Assembly: GCA_009103225.1 (NCBI GenBank)
Contig: RHPI01000026.1
Coordinates: 939,103-1,003,102, forward strand
Origin: Chlorokybus atmophyticus
Taxonomy: Eukaryota; Plantae; Mesostigma and Chlorokybus algae
Direction: 5' to 3'
DNA: 64,000 bases
Shown: positions 1-12,467 of the stretch, piece by piece
Layout: the number at the start of each line of letters is the position of its first letter
How positions within the stretch are numbered: the stretch's first letter is position 1
The notes under the pieces: generated by a model
Seen by the model: the letters and a program-made list of their open reading frames with translations, nothing else
Database searches by the model: none
Told to the model about the DNA's origin: nothing
Made by a program: the position numbers and the translations under genes

Positions 1-183
1 TGACTCCACCATCACCAATACACAACACCAAATACAACATAGTGTCCCCAATCCTATTGTATGCCAATCATCCGACACATCTTGGTGAATACAATTATGG
101 GTATACCTTATCACTTTGTACCAGCTATACAGAACGCAGACAACAGTGGTATGCTCGTCACATTCAACCAGAGCACCCCTCAC

Positions 184-1272
184 CTTGGATCCTGGAAACG
201 CAGCTGGTCCAGCTGCGCCAGATGGCCCCGGCACCGCTTGCACTGGCTGAACTTCCGACACCACAGGAGTGACACCATTCTGGTCTATTGGCTACAAGCA
301 AAGTTTGATTGGTATCAGAGTCAACACCGACTGTACAAGGCAACGACAGCTTCTATTGACTAGACTATATACGACCTTATCCACAGCAACATGCACAGGT
401 TGCATGCACACAATGAGACCTAATTTGCTCCGTTGCGCAAAATCACTACCGTCACAGACCTGTCGGTAGAATGGATTGTCGTTGGTGGGGACGGGTGCTG
501 TGTATGCGCTGACGGGCTCAGGTTGATATACTTGTGGCGGGTTGTATCCGGTGGTTGTGTGCGCTGTCACTGCCGGGTCCTGCAGGTAGCAAAATGCCCA
601 TCAAGACAAGCGTGCTTGCGGCATTCTACGCTGTTTTGCAAGTGCTGCTCAGCTTGCCATCCCATGCATAGAGAAAACGGTTGCAAAAGCTCAGATAATG
701 CTCAAACATGGCTCAGGCCATGGAGCATTCTTTTTAATCAACTGCAACGTTGTCGCCACATTGCATGCACAGTCTGAAATGGCGCGGTAAAGCTTAGCGA
801 ACCAGATGGGTCAAAACTTCTCATTGATCAATACACGATCCACTGCAGTGGGGCCCCGACGGCATGCAAAAGGGTGCTGCCAGCATGCCTTTCTGCACTG
901 TGTTGCGCGCAGGTATGTCGTGCTCTTGCAAAGCAGAAGCCAACAATGCGTCGGTACATCAATTAAGCAAAAAACCTGTGTAGGCTTAACTAGCACTAAC
1001 ACTTAACGACTGCGGAGAGCCGATAACAGAGGAAAAGCCAAGGGCACTAGACGGCAAAGCTAAGTGCTCGGGTTGGCAAGAACGAAGCAATGTCAACGAA
1101 CTGCTATCAAGAAGCCATGCTGCCAGAGAGACATGAAGACAGAAGAGAGAACACGCATGCTGAACGAGGTGAAAGTTATGCACGTGCGCACATTGAAAGG
1201 GTTTGGCTCGTAGGAGGGCTCGTCGAAAGGGTTTGCCTCCGCAGCGGAAGGCTTACGGAAGGGGTTCGACAT
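184..1272 (-). CDS. NPF-repeat protein, SCAMP-like N-terminus; 5' part only, gene runs off the left edge
   Basis: Exons 1272-1192 (MSNPFRKPSAAEANPFDEPSYEPNPFN), 579-460 (DPAVTAH...TNDNPFYRQ) and 291-184 (PIDQNG...AFPGSK) have GT-AG ends and are all phase 0. Four NPF motifs at the N-terminus are typical of SCAMPs. The transmembrane part is outside the window. Confidence 0.6.
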
Positions 1273-2950
1273 GACGTCGACAGCGGCGGCGGACTACCCT
1301 CTTTACCTGCCCCGTCTACGTCACCAATTCCCTCAAACCGACAAATTTCTTCGCCTACTCCTGCTACCTGTCCTCCGCCTCCGCCTCCGCCTCCGCCTGC
1401 TTGCTGAGCCCGCTAGGTTTTTGGCGCGAGGCACAGTCCAGCTGTCCTGCCCACCGTTTTCGGTTACGCCGTGCCCGGGTCGTGTCTTGGTTACGGTGCA
1501 TGCTGTTTTCTCGCGCGTGCCAAAAAGCGTGCGGGAGGGTGCGTCTCGTGCGTGTTTGTGCGTGCCATGCACAGGGCCAGTGTACAACATACTCTACCAG
1601 TAGGTACTCTCAGAGTTCCTGAACTGCCGGAAGTGACAATGTGTGCTGCTACTGTTGCAGTGCTACACAACATGATGTCATTAGGATGTATTTATTACCA
1701 TATTACAGCTATAAAGAGTAAAGTTGCGTGTGCAAACTAAATAACTACTCAAAGCAACGAGACTGAATTACGGAGATTGCAAGTAGCGCTAGCTAATAGA
1801 CAGTGTGTGGAAACATGTATGTGAGCATTGCACAATATGCATGCGTGAAACTACAACATCGTGATGACATTGATCACGTGTATAAGTTGGCAAGTCAAAA
1901 TTGTTTCAAAGGGGATTCATGCATGCTTTGTACAGTTATTTCCCGTTTGCAATTTATCCAAGTACCTGCAAAAGTGTTCATACATGACGTCAACGTGTGC
2001 ATTCACAACATACAGCGATATATGTATGTGTGTTTGTGGATGTATATGGCAGCTGGTTGCAACCGACATTGTTAAAATGTGGCGCAGGAGTTATTCATGA
2101 GGGACTGAAAGAGAGCTACTGTTTGAACGGTGTTACTGGTAGTACATGCTTGCTAAGCAGCATGTGAGTTGCAAAAGTTGCAAATTGGCAAACTTGGGCG
2201 CAATTTGCGCCCAAGTTTCTCCGCTTTATCAATTTGTCTTATGAGCCACTTTTCATGACGATGTTTATGAGAACATTAAGGTATGGGCTATCAAGTGCTT
2301 ATGTAATCTTGATGCAAGATTGGTAGCTTCCAATATCAACTCAGTGTGCGCTTGTGTATACAAGATTCAGCTTCGCATGTACGTTCATCAGCTGCGTGTG
2401 TGTGTAGCGTTTGCGTGTATTTGGATATGAGTGCGTATCTGCATGTGTGTTGTTGTGTCCAAGTGTGTGAGATGCTTGACGTAATCACAAATCTCATACA
2501 TGTTAAGACATTACCTTATCTCACAAAAATTGTCCAAAAGCAAGGAGGAAGCAAATGAGAAATGACATGGATCGCGCTCGGAGAGCTACTTATTAACAAC
2601 GCGGCTTGCGTTAAAGGTATTGCAATGAAAGGTTAATGGAAGCAACCGCAGTGCTCGTAACCATATACGTGTGCATGTGTGTTGGTTGGTAATTCACATC
2701 ATGTATACTTTTACCCCACATCTATTTTTTGGCAAATCATATTTACTGTATATTACAAGACAGCTCCTCAACGCATAACAAAACGTTTTATAATCAAAAT
2801 TACACAAACGGTTTATTTATCAATGTTCGTAAGGCTACAAGATCATAATTATGTTTAACTACTCAGACCTTGATACACATACACCATTATGGCTTGATGC
2901 ACGCTAAAATATCATGCATTTGTAAGTGATGTTCATTATGATACATTGCA

Positions 2951-2975
2951 ATATATATATATATATATATAAATT

Positions 2976-3036
<61 letters not shown>

Positions 3037-3044
3037 GTGTGTGC
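2951..3044. repeat. Compound (AT)n/(TG)n microsatellite in an AT-rich intergenic block
   Basis: Read directly from the sequence. Confidence 0.95.
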
Positions 3045-3659
3045 GTAAATGGATTCACTAATACATGTAAATGCGAATATGCAAATACGTATATGAAAAA
3101 TAATGACAGTAATGCAAATGCTTGCAACAACAGTGGTTGCACATATGATACCATTATGTGTTACATCTAACAACACATCAACTACGTCACAGTTGATGAC
3201 GTAGATTGTTTATTATTAAATTATAGAAAAGTATATTTGTAAGTGAGATAGCACGTTTGCAACAATTGGCAACAATTTACCGAAATACCCAACAATGGCT
3301 GTTGATAAAATGCCGTGACACATAATGTCAAGCTATTAAACTCCAGCGTAAGGTGAGTTACAACACCTTGCGCTGGAGTTTCATAGTGCAGTACATGTAT
3401 TAAGTCGAAACCGGTAAATGGTTCCTATTTCAAGGTCAGCTTCACATGAAGCAAGTAAGCTATCATGTCGCTTGGCACTACCAGTACTGAGTGGCTCATT
3501 GCTCCTTGCGAAGTATACTGCTTTGGTAGCAATTTGCTCCGCACCTCAACGGAAGTTTTGCTGCGCCGACGGAAGCGGCGGCCGCTGAGGAGGAGGAGGA
3601 AGCGAAGGAGGACGCGGCGGCAAAGGGGAGGAGCAAAGGCAAGGGCGAAGGCTCCAGCC

Positions 3660-5807
3660 ATGGTTACGACGGAGTCGCCGACGCGGGGGAAGGACATCGC
3701 CGCAACGGTTCTGACGATGCTGGCAGGGCTGGTGACAACTTGGATGGCCGCCAGTTGGTTTGTGAAGCAGCTAGACCCCACCCAGAAAACTGCCAAACAG
3801 GTGCCCTTGATGAGCAACTTTAGCTCTATCGCAAACAATTGACACGCTGTTCAGTAAACATCGTGTTTAAAACCACAGCCTTCATTCTCTTGAAGCATGC
3901 CTGCAGTGCCCAAACCTCAACGCTGCCAGCTGTTGAAGTTAAGATGATGTCATCACAGCACCACAAGCTTGACTTAACGTGCAGTGGTTCTGCCCGGTTG
4001 TTGGCTTTTTGGTGTTTTGAATAGTTTCAGATTGTGCGCAAGGCTTGTTGCTTGGTTGCAGTTATTCATGCTGCACACAATATGCATGTTTGCATTAGCT
4101 GCATGCATGCTCTTGACACATATCACACAGAGCAAATGACAGAGCACAGTTGTGCGCACCAGCGAAGCGCGAAGTGTTAAGCAATATACAACACAACGCC
4201 TGTCATATGGCCCTCTTCGAGCTGTCAAGTCGTCAGGCTTTGTACTGCAACGGGCGTGCACACATAGTCATGTCTGCACGCGCTCAACAGAGTAGGAGAC
4301 CCCCATTGTATGTTGAGAGCCTGTTTTCAGCCTGTCTTCATGTGCAAGCCCTCTTGCATGTGAACATATGCGCAAGCTTGCACACGCATGCACTTATGTG
4401 TTGTGGTTGTGTGACCATCCGGCAGGCGGCTGCGAGGAGGCAGGAGGTTGTGAAGCGCCTGGGGCGACCAAACGTTAAGATGAATGCGTATGAGGACGTG
4501 GTGGCGTGTGATGTGGTGAGCGCGGATCAGCTCAGCACTACCTTCGCCGACATTGGCGGCCTTGAGGATGTTAAGAACTCTCTTATCGAACTAGCCATCC
4601 TCCCACTCCAACGACCCGAATTGTTTCACAATCACGGTCTGCTCAGCCAGCCCCCGAGGGGCGCTCTGCTTTTTGGACCTCCAGGCAAGCACTCTGTCAA
4701 ACACACATGTGGGATCGCTTGGATGCTGTTGTTGTTGTTGTTATTGTGTGCAAAGCTTAGCGTCTTCCTGCGGCTTTGCAGGCACCGGTAAGACTGCCCT
4801 GGCTCGAGCGTTGGCCAAGGAGAGCGGAGCCTGCTTCATCAATGTGCGGCTGTCGTCTCTGCAGTCCAAGTGAGCATGTCCTAGACCACAAGCGCATAGT
4901 ACACGCAATCAAATATCGGCGTGCTTTACAACAGCTTGCATTGGTTGTGATCTTTGTACACTGTAGGTGGTTTGGTGATGCTCAGAAGCTTGCGGCGGCC
5001 GTATTCAGTTTAGCTGCAAAGTTGCAGCCTTCGATCGTCTTCATCGATGAGGCTGACGGACTGCTGGGCTCGCGGCGAGGCGACCGCGACCACGAGGCTG
5101 TCACCGCCATGCGCACGGAGTTCCTGTCTTGCTGGGACGGCCTCCTCACCGACCGCGAAGCCCGTGTCCTTGTCCTCGCCGCCACCAACCGCCCCTTCGA
5201 CCTTGACGAAGCCGCCCTCCGACGCCTCCCGCGCGCCTTCCATGTGCCCATGCCAGGCACGTGTTGTCCTTACCTGTGCGCATGTGTGTGTCCATATCCG
5301 TGCGTGCATGTGTGTGTGCGCATGCGCTTGTCACAGCATGCATTCGTGTGCGGCTGTTAATTTGCGCGGGCGTGGGCATGTTTGATAGACCTGTTTGTTT
5401 TACAAACTTCAGATAGGGAGCAGAGGCGGCGCATCCTGCAGGTGATACTGCAAGGCGAGCATATTGACAAGGACGTGGACTACGAGGAGCTTGCGGCGTT
5501 GACGGAAGGCCACAGCGGGAGTGACCTGGCCGAGCTGTGCCGGTCGGCGGCTTATGCACCCGTGCGCGAGCTGCTGGAGCAGGAGCGCAGTGCCAAAGCA
5601 CCCACATCATCATCGTCGTCATCTTCAAGTACACAGCGGCATGCTGTTAAGGTGTTGAGAGCGCTGCGGCAGTCAGATTTCATGGAGGCTCTCAAGTCTT
5701 CCTCACCGACAATTGAACTAGCCAAACAGTACAAGATGCAGAGCAAGCAAGGGCAGGAGGTTGACATGAACAGGTTCTTGGCCTTCTTGCAGCAGTTCAA
5801 CAGGTGA
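3660..5807 (+). CDS. MSP1: MSP1/ATAD1-like membrane-anchored AAA+ ATPase, 5 exons
   Basis: Exons 3660-3800, 4426-4684, 4782-4869, 4967-5256, 5413-5807. It has an N-terminal hydrophobic anchor, TFADIGGLEDVK, Walker A GPPG|TGKT, Walker B IVFIDEAD, LAATNRPFDLDEAALRR and GHSGSDL. Two introns need GC donors. Confidence 0.9.
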
Positions 5808-5929
5808 TGATGGTGATGGGGCACCTGTCCGTCGTGTCTTCAGTGGAGAAGGGTGGTACACTCTAGCTCTAGTGTTTCCGCGTGCAGCAGGATCGATTGT
5901 TAGAGCGTTGCTTGGTACTGTTGCGGTGC

Positions 5930-5961
5930 GGTTGGGTTGGGTTGGGTTGGGTTGGATTGGG
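5930..5961 (+). repeat. (GGGTT)n pentamer run downstream of the ATPase stop; potential G-quadruplex
   Basis: Five GGGTT units followed by GGATTGGG, read directly. Confidence 0.8.
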
Positions 5962-7199
5962 ACAAGAGGGTTAGAGCTCTGATGACATGGTGGTCGTGGC
6001 ACAAGGCAATATGTCTTGCAGTCACTGCTGCAGTGTGCAAAAAATGCACTGCCATGTACAAGCAATGCACAACGAAAATGTGTGCAGACCTTGATTGCTT
6101 ACCGCAGGGCCACAAAGTGTTAGTCACTCACGCAGCACAGGTGTGAGCATGCTTGTGCTGCAGGAGTTATGTAGTTATGGCGCAAGTTTCATGTGGGTGC
6201 ATTGCATTCTGGCGATGTATGGTATGGCATTGCACTGCAGATATCCTTCAGAAAACTATCGTAGGCCCTGAACGGTTACGGAGGCGCACAATACACTCCA
6301 TCATGTATTCATTGTTCAGTCATGAGCAACTCTTTTTGAAGGGGTCCCACGTCGGCTGACTGCTGTAAGTACATGGCTATATCATGGTGTACTTGCAACC
6401 CAGCGTGAAGGTGCTAGTGTGTATTGCGCTTGGGCGTGCGCCGGGGAGGGACCGCAATGCATACACACCACATGCATCTATAAGCATCAGCAGTTCATCA
6501 CCACTGGTGGGCAGGGTCAGGGTGTCACGTGGGCAATGAATGTGTTGCCTGTTATACACTCAGCAACACTCATCATGTACTCTAAGCGAGTTGGCAATGT
6601 TACGCTGAGAAGTCTCCAGTCCTTCGCTCTCCCGTTAGCGGCAAGAATGATGTGTGCACGCGGAGGTGAGGTGGGTAAGGGTGACGAGAGCTGTGTTGCA
6701 TATACAACATGCTGTGTGTGCTACTTTGTGTCATGTGTTTCTCATGCATTCAAGCGTGTGCGCGGGGGTGCATGCAGCCAGGCCTAGGCGCGTACATGTG
6801 TGCGTGACAGTGTGCATGCGTGTCCACCCATAAAGCACCAATGACTCATATTCCACATGCAATGCACTGTCCAATTGAGACCGAGAAGGGAAGCGCGCTG
6901 GTGCGTGTACGCACGCACGCAAGGATGAGTACACACGCACGCACGCACCTGCCCAGGTATGGGATAGAGAGAGGAGACAGACGGACACGGTGAGCGGCTG
7001 GAGCGCTTACTGACAACAAACCCCAGGCGTCCCCACCGCCAGCACTAAGCTGTGGCCGCCGCCGCCCTCCGCTACCTCGAGCCTCACGTGTTAGGTTGCG
7101 GAAGTACAGTGCACAGTGTCCTGTAGTCGAGGTTGTCCGCGGCGGCGGCGGTAGCTCGGCGGTGTTGGCGAGGTTGTAGGCCTAGCCAAGCCAAGGGCC

Positions 7200-7390
7200 G
7201 CTGTCGTGTTGTTGGTGCTGGTGTTGTTGATGCTGCCGTTGGGCGTGTGTAGCGGCGAGCGCTGTCGCTGTCACCATGTTGATGGCCAGACAGTCGCGTC
7301 AGGAGGGGGCGGCGGCAATATCTCCCTGTCGCTTGGGCAACGATTCAGCAATACCCATGGTGTGCATGCTTGCCACTGCCGCTGGCTCCC
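7200..7390 (+). pseudogene. Diverged fragment of gene X exon 1
   Basis: VLLVLVLLMLPLGVCSGERCRCHHVDGQT aligns by eye with SLLPLSESRGERRRHDDGQT (20170-20000, - strand) and AALGESSCEHRHRDDGQT (~12540). The nucleotide motif atgcttgcca.tgc follows in each copy. Confidence 0.45.
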
Positions 7391-7938
7391 GTGCGCCAAC
7401 ATGCACATTGGTGTGTTGGTGCTGGTGCGTTGTGTGCGTTGGTGCCAGCGCCTCCCTGTTCTGGAGGTTAGCCTCTGTCATCCATGCTTCTATTGTACAA
7501 GCTGCTGTCTGTCCCTTACTTGTGTGTGAGACTTTCTCCAGCAGACAGCTGTGCCTGAGGCATGATGCTTGCAGCGCTCAGAATGATGCCAGCGTCCACC
7601 CACAGCCTATGACGAAATTTAGCTTGTGCATGCTCTGCTTGTGGTTGAGCACCATGCTGCCTCTGCTGATACTGTCAGTGCACTGCTGGTCTGGCGCTTG
7701 AAGCGTTCCGTGCATGCGCCATGCGTTGTCGAGTCTCGCTACTGTCGGCCTACTTTGCTGTGTTTGCCACTGTGTGATTTGTGCATGCTGCAATATTCAT
7801 TGCTAACGCCATTCTGCGTATGCAACCAACTAATGGAATCGTCTTTGTTTTTGCTTGCAGTTCGCCTCACGACTAGACTAACTTCGCGCCGGCAGGCACC
7901 TCCCAAATCAGTTAGGTTGCCTTACAGGGCCCCCAGCA

Positions 7939-9370
7939 TGGCACTGCAGGGCCAGAGCATGGTACGTGCTTGAAAACACTTGATTAGTTGCAGCTCCAAG
8001 GAAAGTTGTATGCAAAGGCATTTGTCGTGTTGCAATGTGTCCTTTGCAACCAACTTATTCAGTCATCTTGCAGGTCCGCTGGATTCAGGAGACACTTTGC
8101 GGCGTATTGTGCGCGAAGAGCTAGTGGACGTTAATAGCAGGTTGGAAGGCCTGGAAGGCGGGATGGACAAACTGAATGGAGGAATAAAGCAGCTGGTGGG
8201 TGAGTCTTTTGAAAGGCTCCTGCAAGATGATTGGATAAACTTGGTCACGAGCCTTTTATGTAAGTAGTTATTCCCCCATTCGGTTTGTCCATTCCCCCTT
8301 CCAGGCCTTTCAACCTGCTATGAACGTCCACCAGCTCTTTGCGCACAATACGCCGCAAGTGTCTAGTAAAAGACAACCCATCCAACTATTTGTCAAAGCT
8401 GCTACGGGTTGTACGGCGGCCAGCCCGTACAGTGGGGTCTCGTGAATCCTTCATGGATCATGTGCAGGCCGCTGCACTTCGCAGCACTCTGACTGAAGAG
8501 GAGATACACAGATGTGACTGCGCATTGGTTGTTTTACATCACGAATTTCCATCACCATTGCACTGATGCAGACATCATTCAGGCCGCCAGACGTCGTGAT
8601 CTGTTACTTAAGGTCTACCAATACGGACGCGACGTCGCCACCGCCACTGGCAGTGGCATTGGGTAAGATGTAGCAATACGTTGGTGACTCTGTTGCCGAT
8701 AGCAAGTGTCTGATTTTGGCAGTTGACCGAGATGTGCTAGTGTACAACGACAACGACAAGTTATTGGACATCTTAGGTGAGCGCCTTGATCAACAAAGCT
8801 CATTCAACTGATTTCCAACTTTGCTTGCTATTGTGTGCAGGCCCCCTCAGCCGCTGCAGTCGCAGCGAGCGAGCTGCAGCGCGCGCAGCCAGAAGTACTT
8901 GGCTGACCTTTGCAGGTGAGACAGACAGGTTGTTGTCTTGCGCAAATGTTCTATCTAGCACTTAGTTCCAATGCCTTGGTCAAGGCAATGACATGCACAT
9001 TGATTGTGATATAGCAAGTACCCAACTCATCACACAAATAGCTTTCAAGATGTTTACAACTACTTGTGCACACAATTGATGCGAGTAACTTAGTGTCAGC
9101 CTGATACTGTTTGCCTGGACGTTGCATGCCTTAAGCGGTGGACAAGTTGGTCTGCGGGAGCTTGTTGTATAATGTCGGTGTAGCGTAGTGCATTATGTTA
9201 CGTTGAGTCTATAAGTTCTATGTGCGCAGTGCGATGTTGAGACTAAATGGTCTGTTACGGCCTTGTTGTGGTTTGTGCAGATGAGGCATTGCCTGCTGCA
9301 GTTGTGGCTGCAGAGCTGACAAAAGAGTGCGAGCCTCAGCCCTTTCCAGTGCTGCACACCTATTTGCAGA
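7939..9370 (+). pseudogene. Possible decayed gene of unknown function with a short coiled coil
   Basis: MALQGQSM followed by a GT..AG intron, then GPLDSGDTLRRIVREELVDVNSRLEGLEGGMDKLNGGIKQLVGESFERLL. Further exon-like blocks lie at ~8340-8530, 8840-8915 and 9280-9370. I could not build one continuous frame. Confidence 0.3.
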
Positions 9371-9412
9371 TGAATGGACGCTCTTGTACAATAGTTCCAC
9401 TGTTGTACAAGA

Positions 9413-9541
9413 GCTCCAGCCCAATACAGACTCACTATCTGTGCACATGCACAACATTGACCAGCAGAAGGTGCAAGTTGCACCATCTGCTGGTCAAAGT
9501 TTTGCATGTGCACAGATAGTGAGTCTATGTTGGGCTGGAGC
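9413..9541. ncRNA. Pre-miRNA-like hairpin, 64-bp arms
   Basis: 9413-9476 is the reverse complement of 9478-9541 with 5 isolated differences, one of them a G-U pair on the + strand. An abutting 11-bp hairpin lies at 9381-9413. Expression is unknown. Confidence 0.5.
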
Positions 9542-10059
9542 AGTTGCTGCTTGTAGCATTGCACGTGTGTAAGTTGTACTTTGGCAAGGTTTGCACTTAC
9601 TGTGTCCACTGTTATTGTACACCGTCACGTACGGTCTGTTCCTTGCGTTTTATCATGGTGTTTCTTGATGCGAGATGTGTGGGCGACAACCAGCGTGCAT
9701 GTGGTAGGCAATGCTAGCACAAACTGCAGCGGCGAAGTTGCGTGGGCACAATGCATTACAAGGGTTGGTGAGCTAAGCTATTCTTTGCTGCACATGTGAC
9801 TTTGTATAATTCTCAGAGTGGTATACACATAGTACCATACCCTTTATATACACTGCATTGTGCGAACATGCAGGCCAAGCGAATAATTCGCAACACTGTG
9901 GATCCCGCTGCAGCAACCATGTATGCCATGTGGCGAGCCAACTGGCGAGCCAAACGAAGCTGCTAAGGAGTAGTGTTCTAATCGGCAATACTGAGCGACA
10001 TAACCGCGTAACATATTACCATTCAAGTGTCATATCATCTGGTCTGGTTGTTTGACAAT

Positions 10060-12246
10060 GTGTATCACTTGAATGCAGTGGCCATCTCCTTGTCCAGCTT
10101 TTGCATTAGCAGCTTCTGTATCAGTTCTTGGTCAGCGCGCCCCCCCGACTTCTGCATGATCTGCAGAACAGATGTGCTTGTCAACCTGCAATGCCACCAC
10201 ATGCAAGGCAGGAACATACTTGTCCGACGAAGAAGCCTGGCACTGTCCGCTTCAGTTGGTGATGTCTCAGCAGTACAACACCATGTTGAGGTGCTGAATG
10301 ATCAATACACCGTATACAAGCAGACATGCATGCGTTGAACAATGCCCTGAGCTGAGCCTGGGTAAAACTCCAGAAGTCTGATGTCGTCATGCGCCTGCTT
10401 TGGGTTGGAGTTAAGTACCTCATCCAATGACGCCCATCATCCACAGTTGGCAACAGCCTTGGGCTCGGCTTCCGACAAGCATTGTCGAAGAACAAAGCAT
10501 TGGTTGCCTCATCCACCAACAACAGCGCCTCCGCAAGAGGCAAGCGGAGTGCGAGGTAACCCTGCCTCCTCTGCAAGCACTGTAATGAAAAGCCTCGCTA
10601 GCACCCAAGCAAGCAGGGTACGCATGCACGCACAGAAGCGTGCACACACTGACGCACGCACGCACAGCACCTCAACTTTTGACACCATCTGAGGTGCTAT
10701 AGTGCTGTGGTGCAAGCATGCAAGCAGTCATGTGCATGCAAACAAGGATACACACGCACATGTGCACAGCAGCACGCACACATCATGCACACGCGCATGC
10801 ACGCACAGAAACTGACAACATCACAGCACTTCAAGATGTGTTATGACACTTCAGGTGGCGTGCTAATGTAGTTGCTTTGTGCTATCAGCGCTCACCTCAT
10901 CTGGCAGCTCTGGTGGTGTGCTGCGCTCATTAGCCAGAATACCATCCGTGATGCGCTTCAGGAACATCTGGCTTGGGGAAGTATCAGTAGTCTGCGAGGC
11001 CCTCTCTGTTCAGGCATAACAGTCATGAAGTTGACACGCAGACTTGCCGGAGCTGTTTGCCATTCAAGATGCTTACTGGCGTACTTCCTTCGCATGATGA
11101 CTGTTAGTTGACCAGCTTCATCCCACAGCCTTGTCTCGCTGATCTCGTGTTTTCGACCAGCTTCATGCAGAGCTACCTATCTACGACGCTATCTCAAGAT
11201 CTACTGCGCGCTGCACGCCTACACACCATCAGCTGAAACTTAGACCTGCCAACTGCCTGTTCCGAAAGCACACACGCCATGCAAGCAACACAACACGCCC
11301 ACAAGCCTGTGCTAGTCACAGAAGTCCAGACGTCAGCAGACACGCCAAAAGATGAAGAACACACATGCCCGCACACGCACACATCTGTGTTTCACGCATG
11401 CAATTGCACACGCGCACGCGCGCATGCAGATGAGTGTGCACCTGAGGACATGTTGCTGATCTCCACTTTGGTGGCACAAGAGGCACGCTGGGCCGGTGCG
11501 CTGAGACTTTGGGGCAGCGCAGCGCAGGCTGCCCTGACGCGCGTCGCCCGCAGACACACGTAGATACCGTCTTATCTCAGCGCAATACTCGGCTGCTTTG
11601 ATTCCCAAAGGTAAGTGGGGCGCGGACGCAATCTCCAGCAGAGGCACGCCGGGCCGATCACCCGCATACACCTTTGTACATACCACATACGCTGCTGCCA
11701 TTCACAGCACCTTGTGTACCTGTGTTACAGTAGATTGTCGTGCAAAGCGAGCGCACTTACATGTGTACGCACCCACACACGCTTGCACACACACAGACTG
11801 ACAATACAGCTTTGGCTGAGCCAGTGATAACGGAATGAGCAGCTCAAAATCCCGACCCTCACCACCGGCAACAGCAGGAGGCAAACGCTGCATAGCCAGG
11901 TGATCTGACAACCTTAGCAATGCAATGGGATTGGCCATACAGCATGCATTACAACAAGCAACCAAAGCGCTTAGGTGCTGAGGTCCATGTAGTTTGTGAG
12001 CGCGTCACACGGACTACGCCCCCAACCTGCACATGGGTTTCAACTCCAATGACGGCCTCCAACTCTCCACCAGGCAGCTGAAGCTGCCGCAAGCACTGAC
12101 GCATTCCCCGGCAGCAACCACCTCAGTGAAGCAGGCTGGTGCGCCTTCAGCTGCGCACCTGTGAAGGAGGAGGACGACGACGGTGAGGACGGCAAAGGCG
12201 CCGCATGCTTACGGGACACCCTCAAGCACACCTCCTCCGCCTGCAT
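10060..12246 (-). pseudogene. GATB: GATB pseudogene copy A (remnants of all 8 exons)
   Basis: Matches the intact gene at exon 1 (12246-12030, frameshifted), the 3' part of exon 2, exons 3 and 4, a fused exon 5/6, and exons 7 and 8. Introns are retained; it has stops, frameshifts and internal deletions. Confidence 0.9.
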
Positions 12247-12249
12247 TGT

Positions 12250-12425
12250 CCACTACATGCTGGGGTAGGTGTAGACGGCGGCAGCGGCGAGGCGGAAAGG
12301 ACGACGAGTGAGATGAGCGGAAGGTGGAGGAGCAGGGGCACAAGGAGGAGCAGCAGGAAAGAGCGTTGACGGCAGGGTGGCGAGGCCATGCCAGCCTGCC
12401 GTGCGGGTAGGAGGCGGCAGGAGTG
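12250..12425. promoter_or_regulatory. Duplicate of the GATB/TPS intergenic (bidirectional promoter) segment
   Basis: tacatgctggggtaggtgtagacggcggc...gggtggcgaggccatgccagcctgccgtgcgggtaggaggcggcagg matches 32003-32165. Confidence 0.8.
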
Positions 12426-12467
12426 GGGTGTGTCGTCGCTGTGTTTAGCAGCTGCAAGTGGCTGTAG

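Noticed and set aside
6250-7000. Possible small minus-strand gene (GRAKDWRLLSVTLPTRLE, DTLTLPTSGDELLMLIDACG)
   Set aside because: I could not link the blocks with consistent splice phases, and there is no recognisable motif.
9832-9856. ~25-nt sequence shared with 22362-22387 (gtaccataccc.ttatatac.cactg)
   Set aside because: Too short, and no flanking similarity was visible. It may be a small dispersed repeat but is unsupported.
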